Notes: a model not told the origin generated them from the sequence alone. A stretch of 64,000 bases of DNA from Eledone cirrhosa (GCA_964016885.1 OZ024741.1:320726001-320790000); one strand, 5' to 3'; counted from the first letter of the stretch, positions 50,432 through 63,121 are shown. Numbers and translations are program-made.

Positions 50432-53400
50432 TCAGTTTATATTACTGCATAGCTTACGGGGAGGGGAAGAAATAGGCCTGTGTGGCAAAGAAAAAGAGGG
50501 GGGCATTTGAGTTTCAAGTGTCATTGTGTCATTGTCCAGGTTTGCTCGTTTGAGACGATCAACGGAAACCGTTTCCCTGGAACCCCGAATGTCCAGTGTG
50601 AAATGTTTGTCTGTGCGAGCAAGCACACGATAGGGTCCAGAGTACGGCCGTTGAAGAGGGGGTCTCACGGCGTCGTCTCTAACGAACACATGGGTCCACA
50701 AGGCAATATCCCTTGGGACGGCAGTTTTTACAGTCTGCTTCCTAGTGCCCATCGGTGGTAGATCCTTGAAATAAGAGTGAAGCCGGGACACGTAGGAAGC
50801 GGGGTCCTGCGAAGTCAGGTCAAAAGGGGCCAGCATTTGCCCCAGTAACGCCAGAGGCGTACCATAAACTAATTCGGCAGAGGAGAACCCAAGGTCCACC
50901 TTTACCGTCGACCGAATACCCAACAATACAATGGGTAGGTACTCGCTCCAACGTGAAGAGTCCATGGAAGCCCTTAAGGAGGCTTTGAGCTGCCTGTGGA
51001 ATCTTTCCACCATTCCGTTTGAGGCTGGGTGGTAAGCCGTGGTTCTTATTCGAGTAGCCCCCAGGATTTGAGTTAGCTCTCGGAAGAGGTTAGACTCGAA
51101 TTGACGACCACGATCCGTTGTTATGGTGGTTGGTACACCGAAACGAGCGATCCACGAAGATACGAGGGTACGGGCTGTGGTTTCGGCGGTGATATCTGTT
51201 ATAGGGATGGCTTCAGGCCAACGCGAAAAACGGTCAACAATCGTCAAAAGATACGAAAAACCACGACTAACCGGCCACGGGCCGACGATGTCCACATGAA
51301 TGTGACGAAATCTTGCATCGGGGCAGGTGAAGGTTCCGAGAGGAGCCTTAACATGTCTATGAACTTTCGCTTGTTGGCAAGCGACACAGGAACGACACCA
51401 AGCAGCAATGTCACGTCTCATACCAGGCCAGAAAAATCTGGCTGTTATGAGTTTTACTGAGGCTGATACTCCTGGGTGAGAAATGCCATGTAAAGCGAGA
51501 AACGCAGTTCGTCGATGTTCCACTGGGACTAGAGGTCGTGGTGAGTCCAACGAAACATCACACAGTATCTGTCCGTCAGCAGTTGAGATCGGAATGTATT
51601 TCAGTTTGCAATGCACAAACTCTGGCGATGTAACATCCAACGATTCGAGAGTGGGTTGGGCAGCTGCCATTCGATGTAAATCTATCTCCTCGGAAGACGA
51701 AATCGATGCGATCGGCAGGCGAGACAGCGCATCGGCCGCTGTATTCAAAGAACCCGGAATATGTTGAATGTCGTTCGTGAACTGTGAGATGAAGTCCAGA
51801 TGTCTCGTCTCTCTGGGCGAGTATTTGTCTGCCTTAGTTCGAAGAGCAAACGTCAAGGGTTTATGATCAGTGAAAATGGTGAATGTTCTACCTTCAAGTA
51901 CATGAGCAAAATGTTTCACTGATAAATAAATTGCTAATAGCTCCCTTCCAAAGGTGCTATAGCGAGTTTCTGCAGGCTTTAACTTCCTCGAAAAGAACTC
52001 GAGTGGTTGCTGTACCCCATCACCCTTCTGCTGTAAGACTGCGCCCACGGCGCTATCCGAAGCATCAACACAGAGCGATAGCTCGGCGTTGGGTACTGGG
52101 TGGACGAGCAAAGACGCGTTCGCTAACGCCTTTTTCACTTTTTTAAAATCATCAAGCTGCGTTTCATTTAAAGAAATGTCCATATTCTTACGCCGGCAAC
52201 CCTTAAAAATCTCTGTCAACGAGAACAGCAATTTGGAACAACCAGGTACGAATCGCCTATAAAAATTTACAAGGCCCAGGAATTGACGCAATTGACGCAG
52301 TGAACTTGGCGGAGGCAAATCCGATACTGCCTTAACCTTCTCAGGAAGAGGTCGAATACCGTCGGCGTCAATCAGATGGCCTAAAAATGTTAGTGAAGTC
52401 GAGCCGAAAACACACTTGGAAGCATTAATTCGAACATTATATCTCTGTAAACGTCGAAATACGAGATCCAGATGCTTTGAATGCTGCTGAGGGGAAGAAC
52501 TAGCAATCAACACGTCGTCGATATACGTGTACACAAAATCCAGGCCCCGAGTAATATCATCCATAAATCGTTGGAAGGTACTTGCAGCGTTTCTAAGGCC
52601 GAAAGGCATAGTGAGGAACTCGAACGATCCGAAAGGAGTGGCAATAGCAGTCTTTGGGATATCCTCCTCGTTAACCGGAATTTGGTTATAAGCGCGGATC
52701 AAATCAAGCTTAGAAAAGATTCTGCAACCCTGCAATGACGACGCAAAATCCTGCAAATGCGGGATTGGATAACGGTCAGGCACAGTAATCGCGTTTAAGC
52801 GTCGGTAGTCACCCGTCGGTCTCCAATCCCCAGAAGATCTAGGTACCATATGCAGAGGCGATGCCCAAGGACTTGTGGAGCGCCGAATTATTCCCAATTC
52901 CAGCATGTGGTCGAATTCAAGGCGTGCAGCTTTCAACTTCTCTGTAGACAATCTACGAGGACGTGAGAAAACAGGTGGACCTGTAGTGGATATGAAGTGT
53001 TCAATCGCATGATCCGGGCTAGTTATTCTTAACTTTCCCTGCGTCAACTGAGGGAATGAATGTAGCAGGCTTTGATACTGGTTGCCCACTTCAGCCAAGA
53101 AAAAGGAAGGGCTGACGGTGGCGACGTCCGGCTCTGAACCCTCGAAAGAAAGGCCTGTTTCAGAATCAACAAGGCGTTGTCTGCGAATGTCCACCAACAA
53201 GGAAAAATGGTGGAGAAAGTCCGCTCCCAAAATGGCGTATGGCAAGTCGGCGACAGTAAACTTCCACCTTAAATCACGCCGCAAATTTTTTAACCGAAGC
53301 GGAAGCGAAATTTGCCCATACGTTCGAATGGCCGTGTGGTTGACTGCTCGTAGATTTATATCTGCTTCGGCTGGGCTTTTTTTGAGATAACTGACAGGCC

Positions 53401-53533
53401 AAATACTCAGCGACGCGCCAGTATCGACAAGGAAATATTTTTTTGACCGCAGGTCGTATACGAAAAGATGGCGGTTCGGTCGGTTTTCCCAGAGTTCACT
53501 AGCCGCTCCTAGTGGCTCTGCTTTGCGTTTCCC
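50432..53533 (-). CDS. pol: Pol polyprotein (protease, RT, RNase H, integrase), entered by -1 frameshift
   Basis: Frame open from the slippery site through [36 protein letters not shown]35E and GPY; it extends ORF 50432..53284 upstream without a stop. Confidence 0.95.
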   Translation of the reverse strand, partial: GKRKAEPLGAASELWENRPNRHLFVYDLRSKKYFLVDTGASLSIWPVSYLKKSPAEADINLRAVNHTAIRTYGQISLPLRLKNLRRDLRWKFTVADLPYAILGADFLHHFSLLVDIRRQRLVDSETGLSFEGSEPDVATVSPSFFLAEVGNQYQSLLHSFPQLTQGKLRITSPDHAIEHFISTTGPPVFSRPRRLSTEKLKAARLEFDHMLELGIIRRSTSPWASPLHMVPRSSGDWRPTGDYRRLNAITVPDRYPIPHLQDFASSLQGCRIFSKLDLIRAYNQIPVNEEDIPKTAIATPFGSFEFLTMPFGLRNAASTFQRFMDDITRGLDFVYTYIDDVLIASSSPQQHSKHLDLVFRRLQRYNVRINASKCVFGSTSLTFLGHLIDADGIRPLPEKVKAVSDLPPPSSLRQLRQFLGLVNFYRRFVPGCSKLLFSLTEIFKGCRRKNMDISLNETQLDDFKKVKKALANASLLVHPVPNAELSLCVDASDSAVGAVLQQKGDGVQQPLEFFSRKLKPAETRYSTFGRELLAIYLSVKHFAHVLEGRTFTIFTDHKPLTFALRTKADKYSPRETRHLDFISQFTNDIQHIPGSLNTAADALSRLPIASISSSEEIDLHRMAAAQPTLESLDVTSPEFVHCKLKYIPISTADGQILCDVSLDSPRPLVPVEHRRTAFLALHGISHPGVSASVKLITARFFWPGMRRDIAAWCRSCVACQQAKVHRHVKAPLGTFTCPDARFRHIHVDIVGPWPVSRGFSYLLTIVDRFSRWPEAIPITDITAETTARTLVSSWIARFGVPTTITTDRGRQFESNLFRELTQILGATRIRTTAYHPASNGMVERFHRQLKASLRASMDSSRWSEYLPIVLLGIRSTVKVDLGFSSAELVYGTPLALLGQMLAPFDLTSQDPASYVSRLHSYFKDLPPMGTRKQTVKTAVPRDIALWTHVFVRDDAVRPPLQRPYSGPYRVLARTDKHFTLDIRGSRETVSVDRLKRANLDNDTMTLETQMPPSFSLPHRPISSPPRKLCSNIN
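53490..53533 (-). promoter_or_regulatory. Programmed -1 ribosomal frameshift signal
   Basis: G GGA AAC heptamer in the gag frame (53527-53533), 6-nt spacer, then stem-loop cagag-c-cactag gagcgg ctagtg-aa-ctctg. Confidence 0.85.
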
Positions 53534-54294
53534 GATCTCTTATAGTCACAGGGCGTGCGACAACGTTGCGCCCTACTGCCGAAGTTAGCATGGTACCAAC
53601 ACAACGAAGAATTATTGTTGCCTGCGTTGTAGTGCTGGCGATGAATAGAGGACGGCGGCGAACGATACCTCAAACGTTGAGAAGGCTCTCTCTGATGTAC
53701 CGTCAAATCCTCTACCTTTTTGGTGAGAGCTTCAATCAACTCCAACAGTTTGCCGTCGGCCACAGAAGAACTGCGTGGAGGGACGCAAGCTGAAGCCACA
53801 TAAGCATTATGCTGATTGCTGTTCGAGTCCACCTCAAGTATCCTATCCGCGGACGCGGCAAGTTGCTCTAATGAATCCTTCTCTAAACTATTGACCAATA
53901 TTCTTTGCGCACTTGGTGGTAGGCGTGAGAAAAAAAGTTGCTTTATGAAGGGGGTGTCAATCCCCTGAGAGTCGCTCAACTCCCGCAAATGTCGCAAATA
54001 GGAGCTCGGCTTCCTGTCACCCATTTGAGCATCGTCCAACAACTCCCGAAAACGGCTCTCTACCGACTTGGTATTTCGGCGAAGGATTTCTTTTTTTAAT
54101 GAGCCGTAGGTAACGTCGGCGTCTAAATCCGTCACAACGTCCCTCACCGAGAATGCCAAGGAGACAGGTAGGCCATTGATCAGGACCTTCAGCCTATGCT
54201 GTTCCTTTGTCCTCGTCAATTCGAAGAAACATTCCAGCTGCGCAAACCACAACTTGATGTCGCCTGCGAAGGACGGCAAATGATGTTGACTCAT
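53509..54294 (-). CDS. gag: Gag protein, 261 aa
   Basis: LPSF...WFAQLE..F, GDRKPS..LR.L and the C-terminal CWYH..FG..A..C..PC motif of a Gypsy gag lineage. Confidence 0.92.
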   Translation of the reverse strand: MSQHHLPSFAGDIKLWFAQLECFFELTRTKEQHRLKVLINGLPVSLAFSVRDVVTDLDADVTYGSLKKEILRRNTKSVESRFRELLDDAQMGDRKPSSYLRHLRELSDSQGIDTPFIKQLFFSRLPPSAQRILVNSLEKDSLEQLAASADRILEVDSNSNQHNAYVASACVPPRSSSVADGKLLELIEALTKKVEDLTVHQREPSQRLRYRSPPSSIHRQHYNAGNNNSSLCWYHANFGSRAQRCRTPCDYKRSGNAKQSH

Positions 54295-54809
54295 GGTGCC
54301 ACGTATTTGATGACTTTTTGGTATTGGTCAATAGTTAGCCAGGTGTTGCTGCTGATTGCTGGTAATTTTTTTCTTTAAAAAAAAATATTCCAAAGAAAAT
54401 TTTAATAATAAAAAAAAATCATTTTCCATGAAAATTGATGGTCAGATAATCCAAGATGGCTGATTTAAAATGTGTCCGTGATGAAGCCGTCATGAGGCAC
54501 GATGCAGCCAATCAGATGGCTGGGATTGGAGAAGACAGGCTGAACGCGGGAAAACGAAATATCTCCATTTGTAATTTCCACAGAATGTTGGAAGCAAAAA
54601 TCTATTTCCAGAGAAATCCTTTTTTTTTTTTTTTTTTTTTTGTTGTGTGTTGTATTTTTGTGTTTGTCTGTATGCGTGCTATAACAAATGGAATATAATG
54701 AATTTTAAGGACTTACGCTAAGTGATTCGGACATTCCAAATGTTAAGCCATTCCACATTGCCGTTAAAAAGAATTTCGGACTCCAATAGGCTGCGTTTTC
54801 ATTCTTTAT

Positions 54810-54823
54810 CGTCAGGGTCGCCA
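54810..54823 (-). promoter_or_regulatory. Primer-binding site, tRNA-Trp-like
   Basis: TGGCGACCCTGACG 1 nt after the 5' LTR; resembles the tRNA-Trp PBS TGGTGACCCCGACG (from memory). Confidence 0.7.
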
Positions 54824-54824
54824 A

Positions 54825-55088
54825 TAAAGGAAAGTGATGTTTCTCTTTGTCGAATAAATAAATGCACAATCAAGTCTAACAATCATTTTATTTAATGCAA
54901 TAATTTAGTAAATTTCCTACAACGTCAATATTTTGAGGAGCGGGTCTTTCCACGTCTGTTCATGTCCGTGGTCCAAAAAGAGTGTGTGTACCTGTGGCTG
55001 TGTCCGGGTGTATTTTTGCCTCCCTTCCCTGAAGGTTTGTTAAGGGGAGGCAACTGCTAGCTACCAAGCGACCATCTCAGCCACTACA
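54825..55088 (-). repeat. 5' LTR
   Basis: Matches 49760-50023. Confidence 0.95.
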
Positions 55089-55565
55089 ATAGTATATATG
55101 TAATTATATATATATAATCGTCCTTTTTATATATAATCGTCCTTTAGAATATTCATCCGCAATTCATTATTCTCTTCTCTCTATCATCAAACTCATTATT
55201 CTCAATACATATTAACTCCCTCTCCTTCTTCGCACATATTTTTCCCTTCGTTAATTTTCAAATTCTTTTAATTTATACATTATCTTCCAACGGTTTTCAA
55301 CCTCTCTATGTAAAACAATATATCTTTCTCAGTTATAAAAACTATCTCTCTCTCTCTATCACCCATCTCTCCTCCTATCTCATCCTTCCTCATTATATTT
55401 CTCCCTCTCCACCTTCACTCTCATCTCCTCCTCTTTTTTTCACCACCCCCCCTCTAAATAAAATATTTTTCCCAATATTACACATCAATCTAAAACTACT
55501 TCTCATATGTTGATTTAAAACTGCACTATCCACAAGTGTTTTTTAGCCTTCATATCATGTCCTCC

Positions 55566-55636
55566 TGTTTTATCTGATGAAAACACAAATATTATTGCAT
55601 GATGATGTTTGTTTTTGAAATGCGCATAATAAAATA
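55566..55636 (+). ncRNA. Type I hammerhead ribozyme
   Basis: ttttat CTGATGA aaacacaaatatta..gatgtttgttttt GAAA tgcgca TA ataaaa; palindromic stem III; AUA site; upstream of (TA)n. Confidence 0.85.
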
Positions 55637-55664
55637 CATGGAACTCCTTTAACCATCTTTTGTT

Positions 55665-55730
<66 letters not shown>

Positions 55731-56013
55731 AAAGTATGTCCATAGAATCATTTGATAAAATATATACACCATCTCTTCTCCCAATCAGCATAATTAACCA
55801 CACAAAAAACCAATTAAACAAGGCTATAAGATTAAAATGCACCTATGAAGAAATAATAGATAAATAAACTACAGCTATCTATTCGCGAACAACTATAGAA
55901 TATTTACCCAGCATTTCTAATAGTACGTGGAAATCAATTAAATATATCGTCAACCATACACAATTAGGTATAAAATCAAAGCTAGAAGAAAAAATGTATA
56001 TAAGCATACCATA

Positions 56014-58132
56014 ATTCGAGGGGCAAGAGAAAACAGGGATAACCTATCTGTGCTGTGGCTTGACCTGGCAAATGCATTCGGCTCCATTCCACACAAGCTA
56101 GTACAGCTCACGTTGACAAAAGATCATGTCCCAAGCAGGTGTAGAGACCTCATCGCTGATTACTACACCAATTTCAGAATGGGGGTCTCTTCGGCAGCAA
56201 TAACATCAAGCTGGCACAAGGTAGAAATTGGCATCATCGCGGGGTGCACTATCTCCATGACACTATTCTCCCTAGCCATGAACATGATTACCAAGTCTGC
56301 TGAGCCAGAGTGCAGAGGGCCCCTATCGAAATCCGGACAAAGGCAACCACCCATTAGGGCATTCATGGATGGCCTCACAGTCATGACAGAATCAGCCCCA
56401 GGCTGCCAGTGGAATCTGCAGGGACTCGAAAAGGTGATGGAGTGGGCCCGGATGCGTTTCAAACCAACCAAATCAAGATCTATGGTGCTGAGGAAAGGGA
56501 AGGTGGAGGACAAGTTCCGGTTTAACATCTCAGGAACAGCCATTCCAACATTCACAGAGAAGCCATTCAAGAGCCTGGGTAAGGTTTTCGACAACTCATC
56601 GAGAGATACTACATATATCCAATCGGCCTGCACTGTGTTGGATGGCTGGCTGAAATCCGTGGACAAGTCAGGCCTACCTGGGTAGTTCAAAGCCGGGGTC
56701 TACCAACATGGCATTCTTCCCAGGATCCTGTGGCCCCATCTCAACAGTGGAGACCTTAGAGGGGAGGGTCAGCAGCCACCTCCGGAGATGGCTTGGATTG
56801 CCAAGGAGCCTGAGCAGCATCGCGCTCTACAGTAACAACACCAAAGTGCAATTGCCCTTCAAATCATTGGAGGAGTTTAAGGTGGCAAGAGCCAGAGAAG
56901 TGGTCCAGTACAGGGACTCTTGTGATCCGAAGGTGGCTAAAACAGGGATCCAAGTGAGGACTGGCAGGAAGTGGAGGGCAGAGGACGCAGTTCAAGAGGA
57001 AAAGGCAAAGCTGCGCCAAAAAAGACTTGTGGGAGTGGTAACACGAGGAAGAGCTGGGCTAGGCTCCTTTCCGACTCCCCATACGAATACCAGCGGGAAG
57101 GAAGCGCGCCGCCTTGTTCAGGGGGAGGTGAGAGCTGCAGTGGAGGAAATGAGAACTTGCAAGGTAGTAGGAATGAAGCTACAGGGAGCTTGGACAAGAT
57201 GGGAGAATGCGGTTGAGATGAAATTGACCGGAGCTGAGCTGTGGAAAGCCGAGCCTCGCCGCTTTAAACTCCTCATCCAGGCAGTGTACGATGTGCTTCC
57301 AAGCCCATCAAACCTGCACACATGGGGCATAGCAGAGACACCAGCATGTGCGTTGTGCTCCAAGCGAGGAACCCTGGAACACATCCTCAGCTGCTGCACA
57401 GGGGCACTTGGAGAAGGACGGTACCGCTGGAGGCATGACCAAGTCCTAAGACCATCGCTGAAGCCATCAGCGCAGGACTTGTGTTGACGATGCGGTTCCG
57501 ACCCTCCAAGGAAGCCATCGCCTTTGTCAGAACTCGGGAGCAGCCAACCCCTGCCAGAAACACATCGGGCGCATCCTAAGATCTGCAAGAGTCTGGCAGC
57601 TATTGGTGGATCTTGAGCGTCAGCTGAAGTTCCCTGGCCACATTGCGGTCACCACCCTGTGACCAGACATTGTCCTCGTGTCTGAGTCCACCAAGCAAGT
57701 AGTGCTGCTGGAGTTTTCTGTCGCGTGGGAAGATCGCCTGGAAGAAGCCTTTGAGAGAAAGCTCTCCAAGTACGCGGTTCTGGTCAGTGACTGTCAGCGG
57801 GCTGGTTGGAGAGCGAGGGGTCTGCCAGTGGAGGTTGGATGCAGGGGTTTCGCAGCCCGTTCCCTGACCAGTTTGGGCATCGAGAGCGTGAGAAGGAGGA
57901 AGGCCATCCGCAGTACCACCGATGGGGCAGAGAGAGCCTCAAGATGGCTGTGGATCAAAAGAGGAGAACCATGGTGTCATGGTAGCTAGCTGGCCGTCTG
58001 GACACAAGCTGGGGTCTGATCAGCCCCAGCTGGGTGACCTGGAGAAGGGTGTATGGTGTTGAAAGAGCCGAAACACCCGATGATACCAGGCACATCACTG
58101 AAGATGTATCCAGATGCATTAGTCATAGATGT
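56014..58132 (+). mobile_element. HERO-like RLE non-LTR retrotransposon, 5'-truncated, few disablements
   Basis: WLDLANAFGSIPH, GC.IS, AFMD(G), GRKWRA, CALC..LEHILSCC..RHDQVL, PDIVLV and E.SV.WE..KY..PVEVGCRGF motifs; stops and frameshifts present. Confidence 0.85.
58038..58110 (+). ncRNA. Candidate strand-reordered (pseudoknotted) hammerhead in the 3' UTR
   Basis: cctgg agaa GGGTG TA tggtgt tgaaa gagcc GAAA CACCC gatgata ccagg c acatca CTGAAGA tgtatc. Confidence 0.5.
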
Positions 58133-58159
58133 ATACACACAATATATATATGTGTGTGC

Positions 58160-58201
<42 letters not shown>

Positions 58202-58322
58202 ATATACACATATATATACATATATATACACATATATACATATATATATACTTATGTATATATGTATATATATATATGTATGTGTGCATGTACATATATA
58301 TATGTATATATATATATATATA

Positions 58323-58622
58323 CCACTGGGAGTGAAGGACCCCTAGCCTTTGTCAGGGCATTCTTCTAGGAGAAGGCAACTCATGAAGCTGGGATAACTC
58401 CGATCTAAAACCTGCGGCTCAGTAGTTACCGATGATGTTGATCGTTTTTTCTTTTCGGGTTATAGCTACTGTCGCTCAGAGAGTGGGATTGGCTCAGTGC
58501 ACAGTCTTTCCTCACTTTAAAAGATATCTTAACGCACAGGCATTGCACGATAGAATTAATTAATAATGATTAATAATGGTATATCGTGCAATGGCCATAC
58601 TCGATAACGAGGGGGCAGCCAT
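58323..58622 (+). mobile_element. RTE-derived non-autonomous element, subfamily B
   Basis: Shares gacccc(t)tagcctttgtca.ggca...tctaggagaagg.aactc and the 3' end with subfamily A. Confidence 0.65.
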
Positions 58623-58899
58623 CATATATATATATATATATATATGGGGGGGGGGTATAAGGGTCTGTGTTTTTGCGAGTGTATGGGAGTGAGGGCTTTA
58701 TATGTGTGCGTGTGTTAATGTGCTTGTAAATACCCGACCAAACGTATTGTTAGTTTAAGTGAATCTTAAAAGTCAGGATTGGCACCTCCAGAGTGAACCT
58801 GTCTATAGAATTATTCCTGCCTTTGTTACTCTAAATATAGTTTTTAAAGAATTCCCTTTTCTTTAAACCCATCAACCAATGATCTCCACCCATCCCAGT

Positions 58900-61600
58900 C
58901 ACCACCCTCTCCTACCACCAGATAGCCGATGCCCTCTCTTCCTTGATTGAGATCGCCCTGGACGCCAATCGACCCAGCCACTGGGAGCGACTCTTTTATT
59001 TCGCCTCACTCGCCCTCGGCCTCCCCAGCTATGGCGCTGACCGATTCGGCCGGTCCACAGCAGCCTTCGTAAAGGCCAATGTTTCGTCCTTTGGGCAAGC
59101 GCCCATTCCAAGCGTGCCTAGGGACGCCACACACCCCATCTTCGGGTACCCCCTATTCTCCACCCCTGAGATCAGCGCCAAGTGTTTGTGTGACCGCGTA
59201 AATGCCAAATTAATCGTGGGTGATATCTCGGCCGCAGTCAGAGTGGTTGCCTCAGAGCACACACTGTCTTCCAACCCACCGAGGAGGTTCTGGCTGCCCT
59301 GCGACTCAAGCACCCTGAGCCACCCGCTGATCTCAGACCCATACTCCCACCCGATCCCCACTTGCTCACTGTGGCTTCCGACGCAGACATCATGTCCGCC
59401 TTCAAGTCCTTCCCAGCTAACAGCAGCGGTGGTGCTTATGGTCTCCGACCAGGCCATCTCAAGGTGTTGCTATCCCTCCTCTTCACTTAGGCCGGGCTCC
59501 GCCTTCTGAGTGCAATTGTGCCACTCACCAATAGATTTAATCATGGTGCCCTGGCCCCTCACGCCCGAGGCCTCTTTTTTTCGGGTATCATCACCGCTCT
59601 CAGGAAGAAAGAGGATGGCATATCGCATGTGGGCAATGTCTTCCGGAGGCTTGCTGCCAAAGTGGTCTGCAGGTCCATAACACTCGATCTGGGTGAGGAG
59701 TTCAGTCCGGTGCAACTGTCGGCGTGTTCGGTGGCTGTGAGGGGGCCGCACATGCAATCAGGCAGTTCTTCAACAGCTGCCCACCGGAACCAGCATCCAG
59801 GGACTCCAGGCACCTCATTGTCAAGCTTGACATGAGGAATGCCTTCAACTGCTTACGCCGGGAGCATCTGCTCAATGCCTGCCTCAGCCGAACCCCCTCT
59901 GCCTACCCGCTGGCCTACCTGTCGTATGGAGCCCCGAGCATGCTCCTTGCTGTTGATACGGTCATAACTTCGGCCACTGGGGTCCAACAGGGCGACACTT
60001 TGAGCCCCCTCCTGTTGCCCTTGGTATAGACCACATCGTCCGGAGTATCACGGACCCTCTCAACATTTGGTATCTGGATGATGCTACGTTGGGCGGGCCT
60101 GTAGAGACTATCTTTCATGACCTACAATCGCTGGTTCCTGCCCTGGCGGGAATCGGCCGCCAGGTCAACTCGGCCAAGTCGGAGGTGGTGAATGTCAGCC
60201 ATGATGCTGAGAGCTTTGCAGCCTCCGTCTCGGACGTGCGGTCCGTTCTCCACCAGGTAAAGGTGACCCCCAAAGAGGATGTCCTTATCCTCGGGTCACC
60301 GATCCACCCGCCGGCCATCCGCTCCACCATCAGGTCCAGGTTTCAACAATTCTAGACCCTCACGAGGCGACTGGGCTTGATCGACGGCCACCCAGCTCTC
60401 TCTTTCTGTTGATGAACTGCTTCGCCATGCCGAAGCTTCTCTATACCCTTCGCAGCGCTCTGTGCTACACCCACGCAGCTCTCCTCGCTCACCTCGATAC
60501 TTGTATCCGAGCAACAGCCGAGGAGATATGCAACATCAGGTTTGACGACATTGGATGGCAACAGGCTACTTTACTTGTCAGATATGGAGGCCTTGGCCTC
60601 CGGTCCCGATCTCACTGGCTTTGCTGGCGTTTCTTTCGCCGGTAACCTCATGCCGCGTCCTCGTCAACAGTGTTCTCCAAAACACAATAGAACCCTCTGT
60701 GTTCAGAGAACATGAGGCCGCCTGTGAGACGTGGGACCGGCTGGGAGTTAGCCCAGTAGACGTCCCTCCTCCTTCTCCCCCTGCTGAAGTCAAGTCCCTC
60801 CAAAGCACTTGGGATGCCATCCAGTGCAGCCTGGCTTCAGACAGGTTCACGCGCCAGCTCGACCAACAACCCTTGCCTGTTTTCGTGCGGCCTCCAAACC
60901 CCACAGTGGTACATGGCTCCATGCCCCGCCCTCATTCTCCACTGGCACGCAGCTAGACAACAATAGCCTGCGCATCGGCGTTTCCTTGAGGCTCGGCCTC
61001 CGGATCTGCGAGCCACACCAATGTCACTGTGGATCCACCGTGGACTGTTTCGGCCTCCACTCGCTTTCCTGCCTCCACAGTGCCGTCACTTTCCACGCCA
61101 TGCTGCCCTCAACGAGGTAATAAATCCTGGCTTGGACGCTGCATGCTTCCCTTCCAAGCTCGAGCCGGTAGGGTTGGACCGAGGGGACGGCAAAAGGCCA
61201 GATGGCATGACCATCTTCCTGTTCCGCGGTGGCAAACCCCTAGTCTGGGATGCCACTTCCACCGACACTTTCTGCAGCCACAACCTGGTGCAGTCTGCGA
61301 CTAACCCACGTTCTGCTGCACGTCGGGCTGAGGAGGCCAAACTCCTCAAATACCGGTCGCTCTCCGACAGGTTTGCGGTTGTACCCTTGGCAGCGGAGAC
61401 TTCTTGGTGTCCTCAGCCCTAGGGCTACCTCCCTACTCACCACCATAGGTGCTGAGCTGGCCAGCCGCAGGTTTGAGCCCCGCGAGTTGGAGTGGCTTTT
61501 CCAGCGCGTCTCTCTTGCCGTCCTCCGGGGAAACGCTTCTCCATTCTGTCCGCCGGGGCTGTGAGGAGACAAGCCGATTATATTACGAATTCTGTTGAAT
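58900..61600 (+). mobile_element. CRE-like RLE non-LTR retrotransposon, decayed
   Basis: GLRPGHL, VGNVFRRLAAK, GGCEGAAHA, KLDMRNAFN, GVQQGD.L.P, WYLDD, GGLGL, CHCG..H.LSC, RHAALN and KRPDGMT..WDAT motifs over many frameshifts. Confidence 0.88.
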
Positions 61601-62116
61601 AGTCCTATATATTGTGTAGTCACCTACTTTTATATAGTTGTCATAGTTGTTGTCAGAGTGAACCTTTCTATTGAATCAGTGGTTGTATATTCTACTAAAT
61701 CTAAAGCTTAGTATAACCACCAAAAACAGACACTCTATATTATCTAGCTAAATGTAATTTATACAGTCTCTTACGCTATAAATCACACACTCGCACACAT
61801 ATTATCTCTCTCCTTTTACACACACTATCCTTCATTTTTAACATTTCGTCCTCTCCCTCTTCCCCTCTCTATATTTGTATATGAAAGAATCAACAGCCTT
61901 CTGTAGAGACTTAACCTCAACTATCATCCCACTTGCACTATTCTCCACTTCTTTGACTCACCCTCCTTCTTTCTCTCATATCTTTACTTCTATACTTTGT
62001 GTTTCTTTCCCTCTCTTTATATTCAACTCCCCATCATCTTATTTCTCTCTCAACCCTAGTTCTCTTTCTCCTATCTCTTTCATATGTATCTCACTCTGTT
62101 TCACCTCACTTCTCTC

Positions 62117-62195
<79 letters not shown>

Positions 62196-62225
62196 GTGTG
62201 TATATATATGTATATATATATCTAT

Positions 62226-62833
62226 GTCAGGTCACCAGTTGGTGCTACTGGTAACATGTATCCCAGTACAACCTGTCTCATGGTCGGGTCGTTGGCGACT
62301 AAACTGGCAACCCCACCAAGGTTTATTGGTGAGGTGGGTGACTTTGGACATCCTGCAGGACTAAAAACAAAACCTGTCAAAGGGCAAAGGAGCTCTTAAG
62401 AGTCAATGGCCATCCAAAATCACCGGGAGAGATGACCCCTTAGCCTTTGTCAAGGCAGAATTCTAGGAGAAGGAAAACTCTGATATAACACCTGCAACCC
62501 TGATAGTATCCAATGATGTTGACTTGTTCTTCTTTTTGGTAAATATCATCTTGGTTAAGAGAGTGGGACTGGCTTTGTGCAGTGCCTTTGCTCACTATAA
62601 AAGCTTCACGGCACAGGCATTGCTTTATATCTGGAGATCTCTCTGCACTTGTCGTCACATGAAACCATGGGCCCAGCACTATGTGCCAATAATTGTCACA
62701 AGTATGGTGTTTGTACCAGAGTTGTCAAGTCGCTGGCTGGACTAAAAAGTCACACTCGTTCAGCGCATCGGTAGGGGTTCTCCTACATGGATATAGAGTA
62801 GTGAGCGTACTCGAAAACGAGTTGGCAGCCACC
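62226..62833 (+). mobile_element. RTE-derived bipartite non-autonomous element, subfamily A, apparently full length (about 610 bp)
   Basis: RTE-like 5' UTR joined directly to a zinc-finger relic and 3' tail; TA on both sides; truncated copies at 25341 and 27385. Confidence 0.7.
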
Positions 62834-63068
62834 ATATATATCTATATGTATATGTATGTATATGGGTATGAATTTTTTTCTCACGAGTCAGTTCTTCGTT
62901 GCTACGGATCCCGGCCAAATTACCGGTCGCTGTCTTCATTTTGCAAAGCCCTTTAAACTGTATGCTATTACTCTGAGGTCCTATATCTTGTCGAGTGCTT
63001 GGCTGCACTGCTGAAAGCATTCGTTGGCTTAGCTGAGGCTCTGGCTTCGAATATGCTGCACCTCCATT

Positions 63069-63117
<49 letters not shown>

Positions 63118-63121
<4 letters not shown>

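Larger units (their letters stand above)
49760..55088 (-). mobile_element. Full-length Ty3/Gypsy LTR retrotransposon
   Basis: Two 264-bp LTRs; ATAG TSD (49756-49759 and 55089-55092); PBS; gag then PR-RT-RH-IN order. Confidence 0.97.
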
